From Azolla caroliniana (Eukaryota > Plantae > Polypodiophyta), in assembly GCA_043228905.1 (NCBI GenBank), contig JBHGNT010000001.1:2108001-2172000 (forward strand): a stretch of DNA of 64,000 nucleotides. Reading direction: 5' to 3'. The position numbers and the translations under genes are program-made. Positions 53,129 to 64,000 of this stretch are shown piece by piece (position 1 is the stretch's first letter; each line of letters begins with the position of its first letter). The notes under the pieces are model-generated. The model searched no databases. It saw only the letters and a program-made list of their open reading frames with translations, and was not told the DNA's origin.

Positions 53129-56100
53129 TCATAGTTGCCACCATTTTCTTCTTTCCATAGCCTTAGCCAGCTCTGATGCCATCGACGCAAAATCTTCAGC
53201 ACCCCGCTGCATGTCCTCCGTTCGTTTGTTTAGAGCCTAACAATGTAAAGTAATTTGTTCCATTAGATTTAGTGAGATGTTTGTGTAAACTTCCTGAAGA
53301 GTCAAGACCATGAGATCATTGGTTTGATAAGCCAATATGGCATGTACTTTAGGAGTGAAAATGCACTTTGAGCCCATGAACTCACTCAGGTGGATAACCT
53401 TTAAACTTACCAGTAGGATAAGGCCAAGTACCATAAAAGAAAAAATATAATGAATTACCTATGTCTAATTAAATTATAATCCCTTCCAAACTATATACAT
53501 GTATACTTATAGCCTACCTCAAGCTTTTCTTGCCTCTCTAATAGCTTATCTCTTGCTAGTCCAGCCGCACTTGCTGCACCACCCACATCCTGCCAGAGGG
53601 AAAACAAACAATAAACTACCTCAACACATAGATACATTTACTTATTTTGCTGTAAAAACATTATATTATATTAATGGTGGGAATCTCAATGATAAGCAAA
53701 CATTATATATTAAATCCTCCCCCTCTGTTGCCAAAAATAGAGAAAAAAACCTTACCCCTACTGTTTTATGTCCATACTTCGCTTTAATTTCATCTGTGCT
53801 ACGTCTTACGGGTTTATTGTAAACTTCTCCAAAAAGCTTTGTTCTATCATCTGAAGCATCAGAATGCCTCTCCTTACCTGTATAAAAATCATAGTATCTT
53901 TTCATCTTGTCATCATCCACAAAGAAAATGCCATGAAGATAATATTCAGAACATTAAGGCAATATCCGCCATAACTTTCAATTTTGTACCTATTGGTTCA
54001 CTGATTTGTGCTGATTCCCTGAAGCTAGAATCTTCGTCATCAATATTGATATCATCTAAACAAAGCAGATGACTATGAATTTACTCCAACTTCACTCTCC
54101 TGGCTTATCAAAGTTGCAAACGCTTACCAATGTTTAGTTGCACATCCATAATGTCTATACTTTTGCCATTATGAATTTTCGAGATATCAGGACTTGAGCA
54201 TTGTTCAGGTGTTGATATTGAAGAAAATATTTCAGATAGGCTTAGAGGTGCATTTACACCACCGGATTGGTCCTTCCCAAATTTCGCACTCTTCAGCAAA
54301 CCTCCCTTGATCTCCTTCAGAACACCACCTTTCAAATCCTTAAGAACACCACCACCTTTCAATTCCTTAAGGACACCGCCTTTCAAATCCTTAAGAACAC
54401 CTCCAATAAAACCCTGACGCTGACTCTACAAGACAAAAATTGCTTCACCACAATAACTGAGAATATCTCCTTACAAAACTTATGGTAGTACTTTGTTCTC
54501 AGACATTTATTATTCATTTATTAAATAATAAATAACTATCTTCTGACTAAGAAACCCCATGTGAAAGGAGAATAACTACCTTCTGTTGTGATGGATGAGC
54601 AGATGCTTTAAGAGCAGCATCAGCAGCAGCCGATAGGTCCTTATCAAAGAATAATACCATATGGCCTTCGGGGCTGAGATGTGAAATAAATTTGAAATTC
54701 ATACACTATATAAACAGACAAGGCGAAAAACGTTTCCAAACTGTTTAATCTGATGTGTAAATGTTAAACTGGAAATATACCCCATATCATCATCACTTTT
54801 AAGAACTGAAATTAGTACGAGTTCTCGCTTTACATCTACCTGCAACAGTAAAAATAACAAGAAACATTTATCTCTTAGTGACCATGCTTTGGCCAATCAC
54901 TCCTGCAATCAACAAAATTCATGTAAATTTATATTAAGAAAGAAATGTAAATTTATACAGCTGAAGCATTATGAAATGAATAAAGAGTTGTTTATTGCCA
55001 ATGAAAAGAGTCAAATAGATACCACCAAGCCATTTCCGAGTTCAGATCTAAAGAAAAAAATTCAAGACATATACAGAGCACAACAATCTAGTCTACAAGA
55101 AAAATCACTTTGACTGCATTTCAGAAAGAAAATTTTCAAAAGCCAGATCAACAGTCATGTTAACTAGTTTCCTTGCTTCTTTAGCCCTAGACTTATTTTT
55201 CCCCCTACCCCTCCAGTAGGCACTAGTAACCTTATTTATTTCCCAGTTTTGGTCCTTAGTTTTCATATGCTGATTCATTGCTGAATATTAATTTAAAAGC
55301 CTTCTTTAATTGAGTTTATCATCCAAGAGATTCATAAAGACAAAGTTCAATTGTCTTATGTAACTAGCAACAGAATCTTCAATTAACTTTAGGTTAAGGG
55401 AATTTCAAGGTTAATTTCAATAACAGCTGTATAAGGTTAAAGCTAAACTTACAAAAGCAATCAACCCTTCATTACCACGTACAAACATTGGGAAATCACT
55501 CAGTTTGGGGTCCAGGTTATAAATTCCCGCCAATGAGAGCTGCTTCACAATAGCAAAATTTGGAAGAGATCTGAACCAACAAAATCCAATCATTAAATAT
55601 GCAACTTTAAACAAACTTGCATATCAATAAATAAAACGCATATTGCAACAAATCTCACCGAATCTCCAAAGTCCCCGTTATGTAAAGCAGAATCAACCCA
55701 TGGGTTTTTGCATTTTCACTTACAAATGCTGTAGCATGGCGGCACTCTGTTGAAAAGCTTTCTGCTCCCAAATTCGTCACTGTTACACCCTGTGAAAGGT
55801 ATTTGACAAAGATGAAGACTCTTGCTTTAGTGAATGTATGAATCATCTATGAATATCTTGCTTACGTGAATGTATGAAAGGGTTACGTACCTCTTTTGAA
55901 ATAATGCTGCCATACAAAAGAACAGAATTTTCAGTGCACGTTACAAGATAGCATGAAACAGTTTCTTCTGTAATTTCCCCCGAATCTTCGGTATTATCTA
56001 GACTTGAGGCATCAGTTTTCTGGAGATCTGTTTGGATATTTGGGTGCCCAGTTAGAACAGATAAATGCAGGCTGTTCAGAAACCTTGGGCTACATAAAGA

Positions 56101-59100
56101 ATTATTATCACTAATGAAAACGTTTACTCAAACAGAGTTTCCTTATAGAGAAAGAAAAGTATGTAACTCAATAGAATTAACAAATGCATCAATAAGAACA
56201 ATGAAAGTAAATTTTTGCATAAGCTGACCTAAACAGCAATGATGCAACACTTTCGAGGTGCTATCAACTTTCCAGGGACCACAAATCGTTATTGCTTCTT
56301 TGTAATAAACCAAAGCACTGAGGGATGAATCATCTTCTACAGCATACAATACTCCATGTGATGAAGGCTTTGATAAAGAGTCACTCCTCGGGGACTTGTC
56401 TGAACATTCTCCTAAAGCTGATGTCCTCAGATGTGGACCAAAAAATAGGGAGGTTACTGGTTTCTTTGCATCAGAAATAGCTTTGTGTTTGGATATTATT
56501 GTGCGTGACTGTACATCGAATAATAGCACCTACCACGTTATATCACCAATTAATTAACAGGAAGACTCTTTGATACTAGGTAAATCAGCGAACAAATCAA
56601 AGTAGTTCTTAGTTTACTCACCATACCATTGGAATATCCCACAGCAACATGCCCAAGGTGATCAGAAATTGTGATGGAAGAAACCATTCCTCCATTAAGA
56701 TCAAGAATGACTACACATTGAAAACCAGCATCCATAGAGAGAACTTGTTCTGAAAAAATGGCAAGGTATACCAATGTTCAAAATTCTTACAAAATTAAGT
56801 GGGTCTCTGGACACAAATAGAGAAATGTGCTATTTTATTTGTTATGAACAGCAACGTGGAAGTTTGTAAGAACATATATTTTGAACAATGCCTTTATGGC
56901 CCAAGTCGAACAGTTGAAATATGAATTACAGTCTTCCAAAGAAAATCCATGCATTCTCTTTATTATTTCACCAGCTGTAATTTGTAATGTTTGCACATGA
57001 TGCATGGCATAGAGTTGACAAAAGACCATTACCTTGAGTTTCTACATCTGTGAAGCGAACACATCTGACATCGCCTGCTTTTGAACTTACTTCATGTATT
57101 AGAACCTACTACATAAGAGAAATATCAGCTAGAATTATAACTGTCTGATAAATCCATAAAATACCACCAATATGGCATGCATAATGCATGAAACCTTACC
57201 ACGCCACGAGCTTGAGCAGCAACCAGAATACCATTATTTGGGCAAAATTCCAAATGTGAAATAGATGATGTTGCTGTTTCTGAAAGGCCCATCTTTAACT
57301 GTGAATAAAAACAGTGTTATCTGTACAATGAAATGATAATTTGCGCATAAAATATTAGGAAATCAAGTCAGACACTGAGGATATTGCTTTAAATATTAGA
57401 ACATCAAGTCAGATACTAAGGATATTGCTGTGAACATCATGAATCTGGAGGAATTGAGAGAATAGGTCACAGAATTTAACATGAATTAATCATAATCTTG
57501 TGGAACGGAAAGCAAGACTTAGAGTTGAATGTTTGCAGCTAATTATCTTTCTATTAATGCAACCAAAACGCAAGTAAGGGAACTTGGGAAAGAGCTAAAT
57601 TCTTTTTTTCCTGAGCTAATTAGTAGTAAATGCTAATCTCCAGACTGCCGCTCAGTAATTAAGCTACATTTTTATGTAAACAATTAAAAAACTTCATTTG
57701 TAAAGTAAAAAACACTGCAGTATTATAGAAAGAATACATTTACGCTTGGAGACAAACTGCAGATCCGAGAAATGGCAGAATTGGTTGCATCCCAAACATT
57801 TAGAGAGCCATCCACATGCCCAGTTATAATGACTGTCCTGACCTTCGGCTCCCCACACAAAGATTTGTTGAATGATCCCCCACTTATGGGCCATTTTGTA
57901 CCACCTGATAAAACAGATGGTAGATTACCTTTGCAGCGGGGAAGCTGCATAATATAAAATTTCAATCTGAATAACATGATATATACAAAATTCAGAGAAA
58001 CAATGATTTCTTTTTATTGGGCAGACCTGAGACAGTATCTCTGAAGTTTTTCCATCTCCAGCAAGCCGAGCTATGTTTGCAACTGATATAATTGGTTCTA
58101 TTATAAATGGATTTACAAGAACACCTTCTACGATAGAGGCAGATCCATGTTCAATGTGTGAGAAGTATTCTTTGATATTAACAGTGTCATAAGCATGCAG
58201 TTGACCTTGATTTGTTAAAACCAGAAAAGCAGGAACTGGATCAACTGGAGTTCCACCTGCCCTAGGCAATACTATCATGTCATCAAAAAGTCCCTCTAAA
58301 GGGAGTTCCAGATAATGAACTTCTTGGTAGTCTAATTGTTCTCTTGCTGTCTTCAATGGGTAAATCTGTCAGCATAACTTATAAGAGATATCATATTTAT
58401 TATAGCAAAAGATAAATGAAACAACGCACTATCATAAATATTTAACCATAGAAAGCCATCCACCACCATGATGCTCATTATGTTTAATGTCAGTCACACT
58501 ATTGCACAAATATAGGATTTCCTTAGAAGTATGTTATTTTCCAGTATATAGAGATAGCAATTCATTAAGTATATGTCATTAATTCTTTCATGACATATAC
58601 TTCATGAATTGATATAGAGTTTGTATTAGCTTACCTCTTCAATTGGTCTAGCTAACAGATCTACTAATCTCTCAATTTGTGATTAAGATTTGACCACCAC
58701 AAGCACTCAAACCTCCCAATGGATGACGAGCCCATGTATGCTACAAAAAATGCTCTTCAGGTGGTGATTATGGTCACCAGAAGAGACATTGCCACAAGGA
58801 ACTCTTTACGAGCCACTTCCGTAAATTATGGAAGAGAAGAAGAGAAAGAAGAGTTTGGTGGCAACGGCAGCTAAGGAGCTATTCCTTTAATCTTATTCTT
58901 ACCATAAACATCAACAATCCAAACTTCCAATAGAGCAATAATATAACAAAACGGTGATTGACTAGGCACTGTGATCAACCATAAAAGCTAACTATATATA
59001 AATAAGATGACCAAATTAGCAAGAAATCTAACCGTTAATGTTTCTGAGCATCCAAATTCCCCACCACCATAGATGAAAAGGTAGCCATCAGCATCTTGTG

Positions 59101-61310
59101 TGCTCTCCTTTTCATTAGCACACCAGCACAATGCAAGAACTGGTGCCCTGGATTTATCTTGAGATAGTTGTAGTTTCATTGAGGGAGAACTTTTCTCTGA
59201 TGATAAACCAGATTTTTTAGACATCTTCTTCAAATTCCAAATCCATATGTCACCATCTGTATAGCCCACTGCCAATAAATCACCATAAGCATCAGCCCAA
59301 GAAAGGCAACAAATATCCTTATCCTCTCCTTCCTCATCACTTGCAATATCGGAAGCCACTTCAAGCTCATTTTTTGGTGCTGCTGTACCCCAAATCCTAA
59401 CTATTGCCGCATCATATAGTCCCCATATGGTAAGCAAACCATTGCTATATGCTAGCAATACCCTGCAGTTGTAAGAATGTACGTCTTACATAATCCATAG
59501 AATTTTTCTCAATAACCTTACAAAATTATACACCTTGCCTATATGGAAATGGAACATGTATTATTAGCCACCTTTCAAATAAAAAAAGTTCAACCCTATT
59601 GTTAACATGTACCGGCTGTGATTAATCTCTGGGAAAGGTAGAATGCCAATCACTGAAGGTGGGGAAGATTGTGCCGTCAATCCTGCAAATTCTCAATACG
59701 CATCCCATAAAAATATGAACAATGGAATAACCCTATTCTTGGATGATAATTAAACAAACTTATGCATCAAGGCTGAGTTATTACCCATCCTACATCACAA
59801 AATTGATTGACTTGTACAGAGTTCCTCTCAAATGTTGTCACTTATAAATTTTCTCCATTTGTTTAATGTAATCCTCTTGTTTTCGTATAAACTTTTTGTA
59901 CAAATTGTCCTGCTCTACTATTTATTGGATTTACTTTACTTCCACAATTTTTTTTTTCCCTGTTTTCCTATGATTCCCTTTAAAAAGTACAGTTTGACGA
60001 ATAAGATATCTCTACATATATACCAAGTTCCATTACTGTTGTAAATATAAAAAGACCATGCTATAGCATCAGCTTTATAAAACTTCAAACGATGAAGTGT
60101 TGCATTATTGGCATTTTCCTCATCCAGTAGGTTTGATCTATGAAAATACAATAAACACTTTCAGTTTCATCAACCTTCTATACCTTGGAATAAAGCATTC
60201 CATGTCAAACTTCAGTCTTTTCAGGACTATCTTTTCTTCCACGATTCCATGCCTGGGATTAAGGATAGGTTAAAAGTTCACACTCTCCAAGAGTGTGATA
60301 CTAGTCACCTCCTTTGTTCATACACTAGAAAATCATTATGAGCATGATTCTCCATTATACTAATTCCTTCTTTTCCCGCAAGCACCAATACATTGAAATC
60401 GTCTTGCTAACACATTGCCACGGAAATGACATCAATCAACTATCATAACTAAACACAAAGAAAAACGACGGCACTGGAATTAAACTTTACACACAAAGAA
60501 TCCATAGTTTCTATTCTAAACATCTGAAGAACTCTCCTATGCTATATAGAGAGACTAGACTGGTTTGATCACCATAGAAAAATAAATGTTTGTTACCACT
60601 AGCAGCTTGAGATGAAATACTGTAAGGCATTTGACGAAGTTTGGACTCCTCTTTATTGTATTCAAGAACAGCTACATCACCTGTATCCTCTCCAAGGTAC
60701 CTACACAATTGCAAATGTAATTTTCACATGAGCAAAACATTTTATGATCATGATTTCATTTGATCATGATGAAGGTTAGGAATGCAACTCCAATCTCACA
60801 TGAAAGGAGTGCCTTGAACAATAGCAAAAGCAGTTATGCCTGTGTGCCACCTATGGGTAAGGGCAAGTATACCCTTCTCCAAGTCCCATACCTGCAGACA
60901 CAGAGATTAGGACACAAAAGAATAATAAAATACTTTTCATTTCTGAACATCTGGAAACTCTACTATTTGCATTAATTCTCAAAATGTTGATCTCAGTGGA
61001 ATGTTACCAAATAAATTAAGTTACATGCTCATTTCATACTATTTTTTCCATGCATCAAGAATGATACCTCTAGATCATTTTCTGCTGTGATATTGATTAT
61101 AAATCCTTGATTATTTGCAAACTGTTAAAAATAAGAGACACAAAACTTAGAAACAATTGAACCATGCACCATATTGCAGCTAAAAATCTAGCTGGCAAGC
61201 AAGACCAATAGCTTGTGCCAAGTACCTCCAAGAATTTACATCTTGATCTTGAGTCAGAGACTAAGAGTCCTTCAATGCCATCAGTTCCTACTAGCTTTAC
61301 CTTTCCATCC
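53129..61310 (-). CDS. Tomosyn/lethal-giant-larvae-like WD40 protein with a C-terminal R-SNARE-like motif; 5' end missing at the gap
   Basis: Many GT-AG exons: DGKVKLVGTDGIEG, YLGEDTGDV, LAYSNGL, LAVGYTDGDIWIW, ITGHVDGSLNVWDA, VAVGYSNG, RRSTDEIKAKYG, ending TEDMQRGAEDFASMASELAKAMERRKWWQL*. Confidence 0.9.
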
Positions 61311-61453
61311 CTGAAATTGAATACAGTTACAAAATTAAAATGAATACGAAGTAGAAATCATTGACAAAGAGCAACATCAAGCATAGGCATAATTTTACAA
61401 TCCGTTCACATTGATGAGCAAATGGCATACTGCCAACCCACACTGGCCAGCCT

Positions 61454-61553
61454 NNNNNNNNNNNNNNNNNNNNNNNNNNNNNNNNNNNNNNNNNNNNNNN
61501 NNNNNNNNNNNNNNNNNNNNNNNNNNNNNNNNNNNNNNNNNNNNNNNNNNNNN
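61454..61553. other. Assembly gap (100 N)
   Basis: Run of N. Confidence 1.
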
Positions 61554-64000
61554 AGTGGTGGAAGGAGATCCGCTCAAGTTACTTTTGGCTGCAAAAGCCA
61601 TGCCGTATGATATGGTGGGTCGGTCTTCGTTGAAAATTAGAGCTCCAAATTTGAAGACATTTGGCAAACTTTTCCACGCAAACCATACCTTTGGAGTGGA
61701 TTTGCAAAGACGCAGTGTCGTGTTAGTGAAGCCACTCTATATGCTTATTAAAGTTCTTGAGTTCATAACCAACCTCAATGATGATGCATATGAAGATCCT
61801 GACACTGAGAGAACATACATTGAGCTTATTGAGCCCACAAAGGTCTTCTGAGCTTTTTTTATTATCACTTGGGAGAAAGGAAATATTTTAATTTTTACCC
61901 TTATAACCTCTGCAATCATATACATAAGAAATTCACATTAATTGATTTTACCAATCCTCTTATGTCAAAAGTCATACAAAATTCATATAAATTGTTCTAC
62001 TAAGGTTCTCAAATTTAAAATTCACAAGAAGCTAAATTGCTGCTCATAGAAGGGCTTACAAAATTTTATACATCCTTAAGAGCAAGCTACATCATAATAG
62101 CATAAATGATGGATGAATAACAATAAATGTTTTAGATTCTAGTTCATGTCATATGATTAATTTCTAAATAAGACGTTATCAAAATTTATACATGCTTGAG
62201 AGTCATAATAGCATAAATTATGAATGAATAACATTAAATGTTTCAGATTCTAGTCCCGTACAATACTGTAAGACTGGAGTATAAATGACTTAATAAGAAA
62301 ACTATTAAGCGCATTACAATAGACAGTTCTCTATTTTGTGCCTAATACGCAATAAATTCCTTACTATGCTCCCCAAAATCCTTGAAGCATATAAAATTTC
62401 CAGTTTCCATATTACAATGTTCTAATAGTTTTGACTTATAATATGTTCACTTCTCAAACATCTCTAGCTTTTGTTGAAAAAACATCTCTAGCTTCTGCAG
62501 CATAAAACTACCCTCAAATGTACTTTAGTTCTACATACACGACTGTCAAAATATAAAAACATCAATCAGGTTGAATACACAATTTCGCTACTAGATTGAA
62601 TAAGACAAGTCCAGTGCTACAATTCTGACAAATGATGAATTTATCGAACATGACACAATTTTGGACATAACAATCCTAACTCATCATCATCCATGAGACT
62701 ATAATATCCTTCAACCACATTCCTAATTCACTGAGCACAAGCATTCTGCATCTAGACACCTTCGATTGGAATGAAAAAGAGTACAAAGCCAACATAAACT
62801 TCCAATCATGCGTAGTATGACCCACTCCTGCAACCATAAAAACACTGAAGGCATATAACCGAGATTTGTAGAGGAATTCTAATTGATAATTATACATTGT
62901 TCGCTTTAATCTGATCAAGGCTTCTTTTGGTTCGTATCTATACATAAAAGACCTGAATAATTGGAGAACAATTAAGTGCTGAATCAGCCAAATTGCAAAG
63001 ATTGCATTGCATGAAATCACAGTTCATGCTTATGATTTGAAGTAGTGTGAAGGATTGTTGGAAGTTAAGAGCTAAAAAAGAATACAGTACAAATTCAGTC
63101 ATCATCATAATAGATATAACATATCATAGTTGCCACCATTTTCTTCTTTCCATAGCCTTAGCCAGCTCTGATGCCATCGACGCAAAATCTTCAGCACCCC
63201 GCTGCATGTCCTCCGTTCGTTTGTTTAGAGCCTAACAATGTAAAGTAATTTGTTCCATTAGATTTAGTGAGATGTTTGTGTAAACTTCCTGAAGAGTCAA
63301 GACCATGAGATCATTGGTTTGATAAGCCAATATGGCATGTACTTTAGGAGTGAAAATGCACTTTGAGCCCATGAACTCACTCAGGTGGATAACCTTTAAA
63401 CTTACCAGTAGGATAAGGCCAAGTACCATAAAAGAAAAAATATAATGAATTACCTATGTCTAATTAAATTATAATCCCTTCCAAACTATATACATGTATA
63501 CTTATAGCCTACCTCAAGCTTTTCTTGCCTCTCTAATAGCTTATCTCTTGCTAGTCCAGCCGCACTTGCTGCACCACCCACATCCTGCCAGAGGGAAAAC
63601 AAACAATAAACTACCTCAACACATAGATACATTTACTTATTTTGCTGTAAAAACATTATATTATATTAATGGTGGGAATCTCAATGATAAGCAAACATTA
63701 TATATTAAATCCTCCCCCTCTGTTGCCAAAAATAGAGAAAAAAACCTTACCCCTACTGTTTTATGTCCATACTTCGCTTTAATTTCATCTGTGCTACGTC
63801 TTACGGGTTTATTGTAAACTTCTCCAAAAAGCTTTGTTCTATCATCTGAAGCATCAGAATGCCTCTCCTTACCTGTATAAAAATCATAGTATCTTTTCAT
63901 CTTGTCATCATCCACAAAGAAAATGCCATGAAGATAATATTCAGAACATTAAGGCAATATCCGCCATAACTTTCAATTTTGTACCTATTGGTTCACTGAT
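61554..64000. repeat. Apparently identical copy of 51559-54005 (3' ends of the BTB and tomosyn genes)
   Basis: Offset 9995 bp. ORF-track translations are identical and no mismatch was seen by eye. Confidence 0.95.

Overview
Eukaryotic nuclear DNA with GT-AG introns, most likely from a seed-free land plant such as a fern (inferred from the retroelement lineages and gene content; not verifiable here). Host genes: the 5' part of a plastid-type HSP70 (minus, runs off the left edge); a partly degenerate multi-exon coiled-coil gene (minus, about 3.7-14.4 kb); a two-exon GID1-like carboxylesterase (plus, 37.9-40.0 kb); a divergent BTB/POZ gene with a split domain (plus, 49.3-51.9 kb); and a tomosyn/LGL-like WD40 + R-SNARE gene (minus, 53.1-61.3 kb, 5' end lost at an N gap). 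The 15-37 kb interval is a nested transposon block. A ~285-bp tandem repeat was split by a solo LTR and by a LINE. The LINE holds a tRNA-Trp-primed Ty3/gypsy fused to a Ty1/copia 3' end, a young full-length but mutated Ty1/copia inside that gypsy, and a hAT-like relic. Also present: an intronic head-to-tail array of fold-back units, LINE 3' ends, a chromovirus relic, and a higher-order satellite just upstream of the BTB gene. 61554-64000 duplicates 51559-54005 across a 100-N gap. All alignments and translations outside the ORF track were done by eye.
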